Part shown: in pieces, positions 11,446-21,058 of the stretch
Position numbering within the stretch: position 1 is the first letter of the stretch
Layout of the letters: the number at the start of each line of letters is the position of its first letter
From: an uncultured Chloroflexia bacterium
Lineage (GTDB): Bacteria; Chloroflexota; Limnocylindria; Limnocylindrales; CSP1-4
Direction: 5' to 3'
DNA length: 64,000 nt
Assembly: GCA_963817095.1 (NCBI GenBank)
Contig: CAWFND010000001.1
Coordinates: 88,920 to 152,919, forward strand
The notes under the pieces: model-generated
The model's database searches: none
The model's input: only the letters and a program-made list of their open reading frames with translations
Told to the model about the DNA's origin: nothing
Made by a program: the position numbers and the translations under genes

Positions 11446-11472
11446 TGTCGAAGCCGGGCGGTGGGCTTCGTC
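11446..11472 (+). promoter_or_regulatory. ECF42-type promoter
   Basis: TGTCGA-17 nt-CGTC directly upstream of a DGPF gene, matching the described ECF42 consensus and target class. Confidence 0.65.
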
Positions 11473-11517
11473 GTGAACGTGAAGGCGGGACACTCCCGCC
11501 AGACCGAGGAGCACGCG

Positions 11518-11877
11518 ATGCCGCAGTACATGCTGTCCGTTCATACGACCGGCGAAACACACGAGCCGATGACCGAGGAGCAGCAGCGAGAGGGATATGC
11601 CCGCATCGCCGGGCTCGAGGCCGAGATGCAGGCGGCCGACGCGTTCGTCTTTTCCGCCCGGCTCAGCCAGTCGAGTGAGGCGAAGGTCGTCCGACGAGGC
11701 CCGGGGCGGCCGAAGAGCACCGATGGCCCGTTCGCCGAAACGAAGGAGCATCTCGGCGGCTTCTATCTGATCGAAGCATCAGACATGGAGGCGGCCGTCG
11801 AATGGGCGTCGCGCGTGAGCGACGCGATCGGCGAGCCGATCGAGGTCTGGCCGATCATCGGGAGTCGTGCCCGCTGA
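11518..11877 (+). CDS. YciI/DGPF family protein
   Basis: TDGPFAETKEHLGGFYLI; GAGGAG RBS. Confidence 0.93.
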   Translation: MPQYMLSVHTTGETHEPMTEEQQREGYARIAGLEAEMQAADAFVFSARLSQSSEAKVVRRGPGRPKSTDGPFAETKEHLGGFYLIEASDMEAAVEWASRVSDAIGEPIEVWPIIGSRAR

Positions 11878-11940
11878 GCGGGCCACCCTTGCAGCGCCCG
11901 CCGACCCTGCAGGCGCTGCATGATTGTCGCCATGACAGCC

Positions 11941-12889
11941 ATGTCGGAGGCGGCCGCTCTCGACACGGTCGTCGTGTGCCTGCTGGACGATCCAGACCGG
12001 GTCCACATGGGCGAGCTGCCGACGAACGTCGACGTCCGGCTCGTCCCGCCCGAGCCGGCGCCGCTCCCGGATCTTGCCGAGGTCGAGCTCTTCGTTCCCC
12101 TGGGACGGAGCCGCAAGGCGCTGCTCGATCTCCTCGCCGGGGGAGGGGGGCGGCTGCGCGTCATCCAGACGCTGAGCGCCGGCGTCGACTGGCTCATCGG
12201 TCGGGTGCCCGAGCACGTCTCGGTCTGCAACGCCCGGGGGGTCTACGACGCGCCGCTTGCCGAATGGGTGGTGGGCGCCATCCTGGCGATGCAGCGCGGC
12301 CTCGTGCAGTCCCGCGACGCCCAGGCGCGACGCGAGTGGGACGTGATCGAACCACCCGAGCTGCTCGGCCGTCGTGTCGTCGTCCTCGGGCTCGGGTCGA
12401 TCGGGACGGCGATCGCGGATCGGCTGCGCCCGTTCGGCGTCGAGGTGATCGGCGTGGGTCGAACCGCGCGCGACGGCGTGAGGGGCCTGGCCGACCTGGA
12501 TGACGTCCTTCGCGACGCCGAGATCCTCGTGGACATCCTCCCGCTGACCGGCGAGACCAAGGGGCCTGCTGGACGCGCGACGGCTGAGCCTTCTTCCTGA
12601 TGGCGCGCTCGTGGTGAACGCCGGACGCGGCCGCACGATCGTGACCGCGGCGCTCGTCGATGAGCTTCAGACCGGTCGACTTCGGGCGGCCCTCGACGTC
12701 ACCGATCCGGAGCCACTTCCCCCGGATCATGCCCTCTGGGGGCTGCCGAACGTCCTCATCACGCCGCACATGGCCGGCGACTCCCCGGGGAGCACGATCC
12801 GTGCCTTCGAGCTCGCCGGCGACCAGGTCCGCCGGTTCGCGGCCGGCGAGCCCTTGATCAACGAGGTCGCCCGATACCTGCTCGAGTGA
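11941..12889 (+). CDS. D-isomer specific 2-hydroxyacid dehydrogenase, frameshift near 12565
   Basis: SAGVDW, GLGSIG, VNAGRG, ALDVTDPEPLP, TPHMAG; start approximate. Confidence 0.9.
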
Positions 12890-12980
12890 CCGAGGGCGTT
12901 GCCCGCACGCCGGGAGGCTTGGGCGGATCCGATTGCCGCAGCGTCATCAACCTCGCCCGCACCAGCTAGGAGAACAAACG

Positions 12981-13220
12981 ATGTCGACGCTTGAGTCGCT
13001 GCTCGAGGCCATGCAGCTTTCGGCCGACAGCGACGTCGCCAACTGGATGGCCGATCGCGGCGTCGCGCTGGCCGACGAGGAGACGATGAGCCAGGCGATC
13101 CACGACGTGTACTGCGGGATCGCGGCCGACCACCCCGAGCCGAATGTGAAGGATCACGCCCAGGCGCTGGCGATGATCGCGGCACTCCAGAAGCAGGTCG
13201 CGAGCCATCCGCCCGCCTGA
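12981..13220 (+). CDS. Small hypothetical protein
   Basis: AGGAG RBS, 79-aa ORF containing HDVYC. Confidence 0.6.
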   Translation: MSTLESLLEAMQLSADSDVANWMADRGVALADEETMSQAIHDVYCGIAADHPEPNVKDHAQALAMIAALQKQVASHPPA

Positions 13221-13230
13221 CCGACCGGGC

Positions 13231-14481
13231 TCAGTCCCACCAGAACGGCCAGATCTCCTGTCCGACGAGCAGTCCGGCGTATTCGCGGATCGAGCCGACT
13301 CCCTGCTGGATGTTGTCGGGGCAGAACGCGAAGTGCTCCGCGGCGATCGCCGTTGCGGACAGTAGATCCCTGGGCGGACGTCCGACCGCCAGGGTGAGCG
13401 TGTCCGGCCCGAGTCCGATGACATACGCGTCGAACCGGAGCTCCCACGAGCGGAGGACGGTCGTCATGTCGAGCGGGTCAGCGTCGTAGTTGACGGCGCC
13501 CATCCAGCCGACCGCGTCGAGGATGTCCGCCGGACGGTTGAGGGCGACGAGGCCGAGATGACCCTTGGCTGACGCCACGATGTGATCGATCGACGTCGGC
13601 CGACGTCCGGGCGTGGGATCGGCCAGGCCAGGAAATGCCTTCCCGAAAGGGGCGATCTCCTCGAGCGGGTAGTCCTCGTCGAAGCTCACCAGCCCGTTCC
13701 AGGCCCTCCGGAGGACGGCAACGGCCTCGGTGTGGCGACCCCTGGGCACATCCATCAAGTAGTCATCGAAGCCGCGGAACCCGAACGACGCGTCGATGAC
13801 GACCGGCCAGACGCCCGTTTCCGCGAAGGCAGCAGCCACGCGGGACCAGATGCGACCGACATTCGCCACCGGCTGTGCCGAAGCCCAGATAACGGGATCC
13901 TCGCCGCGCGAGCCTCCCTCGGGCATCGGTGCATAGAGGACCCCGTCGGGCAGCGCGACGCCGGCGACCATGCCGCCCGTCGCCGCCGGCAACGGGCCGC
14001 GCTTGGCGGCTCGAAACAGCACCTGCTCGCGCTCGGCGTCGGCGGCCGATGCGTCCTCGTCGAACGCCGAGCCGTCAGGAAGCTTCAGGTTGGCTGGCCA
14101 GGGCCGGAGGTCATATCCCTTGCCCTTCTTCTCCTGGATGAGCCCCATGTACGCCGCTGCTGCCTTGGCCCAGGCAGCTCCCTCGACACGGGTGTCCCAC
14201 GCGCGGGGAAACCCGATGCGACCGAAGTTGAACCGCACGCGCCAGCTGCCGCCGTCCTCCTCCTCGAGGCTCACGGCGTAGAACTTCGACGATCCACCGC
14301 CGACGTACTCGAAGTACGCGTGCCGCGGCCCGGGTGGCAGGTCCGCAAGGGACGGCAGGGTCGGCTCCGGGCGGGGAGGCTCGGCCTCGGCATGCCTTGA
14401 GGATGGGACAGGGGAGGGCTCGGAGTCGTCGGACGGCTCCCGCTGGTCCCCTCCACCGAACAGCTTCCGCAGGAACGGCAT
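13231..14481 (-). CDS. WGR domain + DUF4253 protein
   Basis: SSKFYAV...FNFGRIG...EKKGKGY (WGR); AAEHFAFCPDNIQQG...WPFWWD (DUF4253). Confidence 0.85.
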   Translation of the reverse strand: MPFLRKLFGGGDQREPSDDSEPSPVPSSRHAEAEPPRPEPTLPSLADLPPGPRHAYFEYVGGGSSKFYAVSLEEEDGGSWRVRFNFGRIGFPRAWDTRVEGAAWAKAAAAYMGLIQEKKGKGYDLRPWPANLKLPDGSAFDEDASAADAEREQVLFRAAKRGPLPAATGGMVAGVALPDGVLYAPMPEGGSRGEDPVIWASAQPVANVGRIWSRVAAAFAETGVWPVVIDASFGFRGFDDYLMDVPRGRHTEAVAVLRRAWNGLVSFDEDYPLEEIAPFGKAFPGLADPTPGRRPTSIDHIVASAKGHLGLVALNRPADILDAVGWMGAVNYDADPLDMTTVLRSWELRFDAYVIGLGPDTLTLAVGRPPRDLLSATAIAAEHFAFCPDNIQQGVGSIREYAGLLVGQEIWPFWWD

Positions 14482-14558
14482 CGCTCGAAGTATGACGAGC
14501 CGAGAACGAGCTGCGATCCCCGGCTGAGCTCCGGCTACGATGCGCGTACGCTTCGACC

Positions 14559-14915
14559 ATGGCTCACGTGATCGATTACGTTGAACTGGCCGTAGACGAC
14601 CTCGAGCAGGCGAAGACGTTCTACGCCACGGCGCTGGGGTGGGCGTTCAACGACTACGGCCCCGACTACGCGGGGATCCAGGACCCCACGAGGCCCGGCC
14701 AGGAGTTCGCCGGGCTGAACCCGCACCCGGCCACCTCCCGCGGCGATGGCGTCCTGGCGCTCATCCGAACCGACGATGCGGATGCCGCGTTGGCGAGCGT
14801 GCTGGCTGCCGGAGGCCGAATCCACCTCGAGCTGCACGAGTATCCCGGCGGGCGGCGGTTCATGTTCGCCGACCCGTTCGGCAACATCCTCGGGGTCTAC
14901 GAGCCGGCCGAGTAG
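14559..14915 (+). CDS. VOC family protein
   Basis: IDYVELAVDDL...YPGGRRFMFADPFGN. Confidence 0.9.
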   Translation: MAHVIDYVELAVDDLEQAKTFYATALGWAFNDYGPDYAGIQDPTRPGQEFAGLNPHPATSRGDGVLALIRTDDADAALASVLAAGGRIHLELHEYPGGRRFMFADPFGNILGVYEPAE

Positions 14916-14951
14916 CCCCCAGGTTCACGCGAGACCCGGCGGCAATGCCCA

Positions 14952-15887
14952 TCAGAACGCGCCGCCGAGCTGCGGAATGATCTCCAGCGCGACGCGCTCG
15001 ATTTGTTCCACCTCGTCCCTCACCGGCCAGAGCAGCACCCGCTGCAGGCCGGCGCGCTGGTAGCGCCCCAGGAGATCCAGACACGCGGCCGGTGAGCCGA
15101 TCGGCAGGCGGTCCGCGACCTCCTCGATGGGGCGGCGCAGCATGTGACTCAGCCGCTCGTTGACGCCTCGCGCCTCTGCTTCGTCATCGGTGACATACAG
15201 CCAGGTCGTGGCCATGGCGGCGGGGAAGGTCGAGGGATCGCGCCCCTCGGCCTCCAGCATGCCGCCGAGCGTCCTCCACGCTGACGCGAACGCCTCGGGG
15301 GTGGTGTTGTAGCCCGATGCGAGCCAGCCGTCTGCGAGCCGGGCCACGCGGCGCAGGCCCGCCGTCGACCCCCAGCTCCCGATCCAGATCGGAGGGCCCT
15401 TCGGCTGCGCCGGAGATGGCGCCAGGGTGACGCCGGTCGTGTCGTAGTACCGCCCAACGAACGGTGGCACGTCGCCGTCCCACAGTGCGCGGACGGTAGC
15501 GACGGCTTCGTCGAACCGCGCCCATCGCTCCGTGAACGGGATGCCGACGAGGGCATAGTCGGCCTGGGACGAGCCCGGGCCGAGGCCGGCGTCCAGGCGA
15601 CCGCCCGACAGGAGGTCGATCGCGGCCAGGGTCTTTGCCAGGGCGAAGGGCCCTCGCACGACCGGCAGCGCGACGCTCGTCATCAACCGGACCGCTGGAG
15701 CCGCCGCAAGGACCGCCGCGAGCGCGGACGGGCCGTCGAGCCACGGCCGCCCGTACACGAGATGGTCGTTGGCCGAGACCGTCCCGAAGCCGAACCGCTC
15801 TGCGGCCGTCGCGACGGCGATCAGACGGTCGAGGGCGAGCGGCTCATCCTCCCAACCGATCAGCGGAAGATGAACGCCGAACTGCAT
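14952..15887 (-). CDS. LLM class flavin-dependent oxidoreductase
   Basis: MQFGVHLP, DLLSGGRL, PPIWIG. Confidence 0.9.
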   Translation of the reverse strand: MQFGVHLPLIGWEDEPLALDRLIAVATAAERFGFGTVSANDHLVYGRPWLDGPSALAAVLAAAPAVRLMTSVALPVVRGPFALAKTLAAIDLLSGGRLDAGLGPGSSQADYALVGIPFTERWARFDEAVATVRALWDGDVPPFVGRYYDTTGVTLAPSPAQPKGPPIWIGSWGSTAGLRRVARLADGWLASGYNTTPEAFASAWRTLGGMLEAEGRDPSTFPAAMATTWLYVTDDEAEARGVNERLSHMLRRPIEEVADRLPIGSPAACLDLLGRYQRAGLQRVLLWPVRDEVEQIERVALEIIPQLGGAF

Positions 15888-15954
15888 CAGGCGTTCCTCA
15901 TGCCGGCAGCATCTAGGGCGTCTTCCAGTCGTCCGGCTGGCGCACCGGCGGCAA

Positions 15955-16560
15955 TCAGCCGGCGGGCCCGAAGGCCACGCGGCCGTTCGGTCGATAGGTC
16001 TGGATCATCACGCCGGACGGCAGCGCCCGCGACTCGACCAGCTCCAGGTCATGCGTCGGGCCTTGCTCGGGGAAGAGCCGAAGGCCGTCGCCGACGACGA
16101 CAGGGGAGATCCGCAGGTTCAGCTCGTCGACGAGGTCGCGCTCGAGCAGCCATCGAAGCAGGACGCCGCTGCCGTGGACCTGGAGCTCGCGCCCGGGCTG
16201 CGCCTTGAGCTCGCGCACCGAAGCCTCGACGTCGCCGTCGAGGACGTGGGTGTTCTGCCACGTCGGGTCCTTGAGCGTGGTCGACGGCACGTACTTCGGC
16301 AGGACGTTGATGCCGTGAGAGACCGCATCGCCGCCGTCGTGGAGCGGCCAGTACGTCTCCCAGATCTCCCAGGTCTTGCGTCCGAGCAGCAGGGCATCCG
16401 CGCGCCCGAACCACTCGACCAGGAACGGCCACATCGCCGGGTCACCGTGCGAGGCCGTCCAGCCGCCGCGCTCGAACCCGCCGCGCCGATCTTCGTCGGG
16501 GCCACCCGGACCCTGGTAGACGCCGTCCACGGTCAGCATCATCGATGCGGTCAGCTTCAT
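15955..16560 (-). CDS. Dihydrofolate reductase/RibD C-terminal family protein
   Basis: TVDGVYQGPGGPDEDRRGGF, LLGRKTW, ELQVHGSG; AAGGAG RBS. Confidence 0.9.
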   Translation of the reverse strand: MKLTASMMLTVDGVYQGPGGPDEDRRGGFERGGWTASHGDPAMWPFLVEWFGRADALLLGRKTWEIWETYWPLHDGGDAVSHGINVLPKYVPSTTLKDPTWQNTHVLDGDVEASVRELKAQPGRELQVHGSGVLLRWLLERDLVDELNLRISPVVVGDGLRLFPEQGPTHDLELVESRALPSGVMIQTYRPNGRVAFGPAG

Positions 16561-16586
16561 CTCGTCACTCCTTGCTGGACGTATCG

Positions 16587-17537
16587 CTATAGGTAGCGAT
16601 CCCGGAGGGCTCGAACCGCGGGGGAGGGGAGGGCGCCGGTCCCGAGAACCTCCTCGAGCGTCGTCGACATGAATGTCGTCGCGTCCGCGAGCAGTTCGCC
16701 GTAGCGCGCCGAGCGGTCGGCCATGTCGACGTTGTCGGCCGCATGGATGGTCACGTACCTGCCCCAGGTCCAGGCGCCGCCCGGGTGCTGGAGCATCGAC
16801 AGCAGCAGGAGGTGCTCGAGCCACGGCGACCACAGGTCGCTGCGGCCCTTCACCTGGACGAACGCCGTGGGCCGGAACGCAGCCGATCGCTCGTGGACCT
16901 CGCGGTATCGCCAGAGGTTCTCGGGCTTCGGCGTCTCCGCCTTCAGGCGCTCGTGATAGGTCACGTCGACCGCCACGATGCCCTGCGAGCCGTCCTCCAG
17001 CGAGAGGACGAAGGCCGCGTCGAATTGCCGCAGGCTGTTGAGCCACTGCGCCTCGAGGCGCCCGGGCGAGTGGAGATACCGGACCTCCACGACGCGGCCG
17101 GGCGCGTCGGAGCACCACGCATGGACGAGGCGGTCTGCCCGCGAGGGGTCGGCCGCGAGGCTGCCGAACAGGTTGAACGCGAGCGCCTCGGAGGAAAGCA
17201 AGTCTGCCCAGAGGCCCTGGTGGTCGATGCTCTGCTCGCGCTCGACGATCGCCGTCCGGGCCTTTACCGCCTCGAGCGCGGCCGTCGTCACGAAGTTCGC
17301 CCCGGTGTCCCGGCCGTATGCCAGCGGGATCCGGCTCCCGATGGGCCGCGGATCGACGCCCGGACGCGGGGCATAGGGCTGGGACCCGATCGGGTGACCC
17401 TCGCGCTCGCGCCACCGCGCCTGGTGGAGGCGGGTCCGCTGCCGGAACGCCGTCATGGCCGGGCGCCGGGGAACAAGGTCGCTGGCGTCCCAACAGAGCG
17501 CGGCTTCGAGCTCTGCGCGTGTCGGCGGCTCGATCAC
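16587..17537 (-). CDS. PD-(D/E)XK-fold protein, PGN_0703-like putative restriction endonuclease
   Basis: RLHQARWRE, DLLSSEALAFNLFG, FDAAF...AVDVTYHE; family assigned from recalled motifs. Confidence 0.65.
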   Translation of the reverse strand: MIEPPTRAELEAALCWDASDLVPRRPAMTAFRQRTRLHQARWREREGHPIGSQPYAPRPGVDPRPIGSRIPLAYGRDTGANFVTTAALEAVKARTAIVEREQSIDHQGLWADLLSSEALAFNLFGSLAADPSRADRLVHAWCSDAPGRVVEVRYLHSPGRLEAQWLNSLRQFDAAFVLSLEDGSQGIVAVDVTYHERLKAETPKPENLWRYREVHERSAAFRPTAFVQVKGRSDLWSPWLEHLLLLSMLQHPGGAWTWGRYVTIHAADNVDMADRSARYGELLADATTFMSTTLEEVLGTGALPSPAVRALRDRYL

Positions 17538-17620
17538 GCTTGAAGGATACGAGCGTGGGCCGATGAGTCGCCGGAGGATGAGCCTCGGGTCGGTGGAGCA
17601 AAATCCTGCCGCTGACGGAC

Positions 17621-18973
17621 CTACCGAGCGCTCTGGGCGGCGGCTGTCAGGCCGTCGAGGATCGAGTCGACCTTGCTCGGATCCTTGACGAGGTCCAGCA
17701 TCGCCCCCCACCAGGCCCGTTGCAGAGACGTGGGCATCATGTCGCCGGCACTGAAACGCGTGACCTCGGCCTCGGTGAGCTCGTCGGCTACCGTTCGCGC
17801 CACCGGATCCACGTAGGTGTCTGCCGACACGCTGCGGTTCACGGAGGCGAAGCCGCCGAGCTTGATCCACGTTTCCTGCGCCCGGGCGCTCGCGAGGTAC
17901 GTCATGAACGAACGAGCGGCGGGGGTATCGCTCACCATCACCGGGACATCGGCGCCGACGGTGACGGCCCCCCGGTGCTCGACGTTGATGGTCGGAAACC
18001 TGAAGACGTCGTAGTCGGTACCCGGTACGAGGTCCGGGTGGCTCGCGGCGATGAACGCCTGGGCGAACGATGGGAGATAGCACAGGTAGGCCGTCGGCGG
18101 GTCGGTGAACAGCGGGTCTGCTCCGACGTCGTCACCTGTCGCGATGATGCGCTGACTGTCTCCGAGCACGTATCCCTTGGTCGAGACGATCCTGGTGAAC
18201 ATGTCGAACGACTGCTTGATGCACGCGTCGGTCCAGGGGATCTCGGATGCGATCCACCGGTCGTAGAGATCCGGGCCGCAATTGTTGAGCACGATCTCCG
18301 AGATCCAGTCGGTGAGTGCCCAGCCGCTCGCTGGACCGCTCGCGGCCACCACCGAGAAGGGGCTGTGGCCGTCCGCGACCATCCTGTCGGCCAGCGTGAT
18401 CATCTCGTTCCACGTCTTGGGAACGTGGTAGCCGGCGGCCGCGAAGGCCTTCGGGTTGTACCAGACCGCCGCCTTGTTCGTGACCTTGTAGAAGATGCCG
18501 TAGAGCTTCCCGCCGCGGCTGCCAAGCTCGATCCAGGCCGGCGCGTAGTCCCTGGCGACCTGCGTCATGTCCAGGGCGGAGTCGAGCGGGATCAGCGTTC
18601 CGTCGTCGGCGAGCTGATCCATCAGCGCCAGGTTCGGCAGGATCGCGATGTCGGGTGGATCTCCGGCCTGCTTGTGGCGAGCCAGGGTGCCGGGCAGGTC
18701 GTCCGTCGACTCCCAGTCGACGATCGCGCCGGTCTCCTTCTCCCAGGCCGACTTGACGGCTTCGAAGCTGTCGAACTCGGGTCCGCTCCACAGGCCGAGG
18801 ACGTGGACGTGTGCGCCTCCGAGGCCTTGCGAGGCCGTGCTCGTCGGACCCGCACTGACCGTCGTGGTCGCGGTCGCCGGCGGAGTGCCATCTGAGCCCG
18901 AGCAACCGCCGACGAGGGCGGCGACGAGCATCGCAAGGCCGGCGATCCGCCTGGCCGTCGGACGGACGATCAC
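17621..18973 (-). CDS. Sugar ABC transporter substrate-binding lipoprotein (AglE-like)
   Basis: Lipobox VGGC, GDPPDIAILP, VWYNPKAF, SGWALTDW. Confidence 0.85.
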   Translation of the reverse strand: MIVRPTARRIAGLAMLVAALVGGCSGSDGTPPATATTTVSAGPTSTASQGLGGAHVHVLGLWSGPEFDSFEAVKSAWEKETGAIVDWESTDDLPGTLARHKQAGDPPDIAILPNLALMDQLADDGTLIPLDSALDMTQVARDYAPAWIELGSRGGKLYGIFYKVTNKAAVWYNPKAFAAAGYHVPKTWNEMITLADRMVADGHSPFSVVAASGPASGWALTDWISEIVLNNCGPDLYDRWIASEIPWTDACIKQSFDMFTRIVSTKGYVLGDSQRIIATGDDVGADPLFTDPPTAYLCYLPSFAQAFIAASHPDLVPGTDYDVFRFPTINVEHRGAVTVGADVPVMVSDTPAARSFMTYLASARAQETWIKLGGFASVNRSVSADTYVDPVARTVADELTEAEVTRFSAGDMMPTSLQRAWWGAMLDLVKDPSKVDSILDGLTAAAQSAR

Positions 18974-19087
18974 GTCGGACCTGGGCACCGTTTCAGCGTA
19001 TCGCCCGGACCGGATCTGCCGCACCGGGCCGATGAATCGCCCTGCGGCCGATGAGTCGCCGTTTTGACCGAGCGCCACCTCGTCGCG

Positions 19088-20236
19088 TTACTCGAGGACG
19101 TCGATGTTCCTTGCCCGGCACATCGCCTTGAGGACCTCGGGCCAGACGGTGACGCTGACCTCGCCGAGGTGCGCCTTCTTGAGCAGGAGCATCTGCGTCC
19201 GCGACTGGCCGATGCCGCCGCCGATGCTGAGCGGCAGCTCGCCGCTGACGATCCCGCGGTGGTACGGCAGCTCGAGCCAATCAAGCTGGCCGGTGATCTC
19301 GAGCTGGCGCCGGAGCGACGCGGCGTCGACCCGGATCCCCATCGAGGTCAGCTCGTGGCGGCGGCGGGTCACGGGATTCCAGACGAGGATGTCGCCGTTG
19401 AGCCCGTGGAACAGCCGACCGTCCGGCGAGGTCGTCTCGGTCGCCCAGTCGTCATAGTCGGCGGCGCGCATCTCGTGCGGGTAGCCGTCGGCGAGCCGCC
19501 AGCCGATGCCGATGATGAAGACCGCCGGGTACTCCTGGAGGATCAAGGTCTCGCGCTGCTTGCGCGGCAGGTCGGGATAGCGATCGAGGAGGTCCTCGGC
19601 GTGGATGAACGTCAGCTCCTCGGGCAGGTCGGGGTAGCGCTCGGTGCGGAGTGCGGGGAACAGCTCCTGGACGTGCCGCTCGGCCCCACGCAGGACCCGC
19701 CAGATCGCCCGGACGGTCTCCTCGAGATAGGCGAGGTTGCGCTGGTCGGCGGTGATCACCCGCTCCCAGTCCCACTGGTCGACATAGGCGCTGTGGTCGT
19801 GATCGAGGAAGTAGTCCTTGCGCACCGCCCGCATGTCCGTGCAGATGCCCTCGCCCGGCGCCAGGCCGAACTGGCGGAGCGCGATCCTCTTCCACTTGGT
19901 GGCCGCCTGGACCACCTGGGCGTCGATCGGATGGCGGTCGCGGTCGTTCGCGATATGGAACGAGACCGGCGTCCGCGAGCCATCGCGATCGAGCATGTCG
20001 TTGATGCCCGACTCGGCGTCGACGATCAGCGGAACCTGGACCATCATCAGGTCGAGCTCGCCGCAGAGGTGCTCCTCGATGTAGCTCTTGACCGCGAAGA
20101 TCGCCTGCTGCGTCTCGCGCGGCGTGAGTAGTGAGCGGTAGTCGCTCGGCAGAACCCGCTCGAGCTCCGCGTAGTCGCCGATGCCGGGGCCGGCGAGGTC
20201 GGCCTCCTTGTTCAGCAGGGTTGCCGTCGTCGCCAT
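19088..20236 (-). CDS. asnA: Aspartate--ammonia ligase
   Basis: HSAYVDQWDWE, RAADYDDW, LNGDI, SMGIRVD, SIGGGIGQSR. Confidence 0.95.
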   Translation of the reverse strand: MATTATLLNKEADLAGPGIGDYAELERVLPSDYRSLLTPRETQQAIFAVKSYIEEHLCGELDLMMVQVPLIVDAESGINDMLDRDGSRTPVSFHIANDRDRHPIDAQVVQAATKWKRIALRQFGLAPGEGICTDMRAVRKDYFLDHDHSAYVDQWDWERVITADQRNLAYLEETVRAIWRVLRGAERHVQELFPALRTERYPDLPEELTFIHAEDLLDRYPDLPRKQRETLILQEYPAVFIIGIGWRLADGYPHEMRAADYDDWATETTSPDGRLFHGLNGDILVWNPVTRRRHELTSMGIRVDAASLRRQLEITGQLDWLELPYHRGIVSGELPLSIGGGIGQSRTQMLLLKKAHLGEVSVTVWPEVLKAMCRARNIDVLE

Positions 20237-20533
20237 GTCATCCCCTTGTCGTCCAGATCGGCGGACCGGGGCTGCTCGCGCGGCACCGCCACGCGACACC
20301 GCGCGAGCCGACCGGTCGATCCGACGCTGGACCCGGTCGTCGCGCCTGTCGATGGTCGGTGCCGGCCGGGCTCGCTCGCCAGTGCCGATCAGCCCGATCG
20401 ATCGAGGCCGGTTCGCCTGCCGTTCGCGCGGGCGCCGGATCGAGGGACTTCGCGGCGCGTTCGCGTCGCCGCGATATCGTGAGGGAGCGGGCATGAGCCA
20501 TGGCATCGTGCCGGCATCGATCGAGGAGGTTCC

Positions 20534-21022
20534 ATGACCGGCGATCCGCTGCGCGCCGAACTGATCCGACTGCTCGACGGGCTCGACGCCCACATGCCCT
20601 TCGAGGCGGCCGTCGCGGACTTTCCGGATTCGGACATGAATCGCCGGCCGCCGAACGTCGACTACACCCCATGGCACCTCGTCGAGCACCTCCGCCTGAC
20701 CCAGGCAGACATCCTCGACTACATCACGAACCCCGACTACACCGCGCGAGCGTGGCCGGACGAGTACTGGCCGGACCCGACGGCGACGGCGACCCGCGCC
20801 ACCTGGGATGCGAGCGTGGCGGGCTTCCTTGCCGATCGCGCCGCGCTGCGGACGATCGTGGCCGACAGCAGTCGCGACCTGCTCGCGGTCATCCCGGGCA
20901 CCCCCGGGCACACGCTCCTGCGCGAGGTCCGGGTCGTCGCCGACCACAACGCCTACCACGTCGGCGAGTTCGCGATCCTGCGCCAGGTGATGGGGACGTG
21001 GCCGCCGACCCACGACGGCTGA
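20534..21022 (+). CDS. DinB family protein
   Basis: AHM, TPWHLVEHLR, DHNAYHVG; GAGGAGG RBS. Confidence 0.88.
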   Translation: MTGDPLRAELIRLLDGLDAHMPFEAAVADFPDSDMNRRPPNVDYTPWHLVEHLRLTQADILDYITNPDYTARAWPDEYWPDPTATATRATWDASVAGFLADRAALRTIVADSSRDLLAVIPGTPGHTLLREVRVVADHNAYHVGEFAILRQVMGTWPPTHDG

Positions 21023-21058
21023 GCCTCGTCCTCGTCAGGCCGCGGACCACGGTCGCGT

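Noticed and set aside
20240-20490. T-box riboswitch upstream of asnA
   Set aside because: GGCGGTGCCGCG deviates from UGGNACC at the tRNA-pairing bases, and no recognisable stem I or specifier loop is present.
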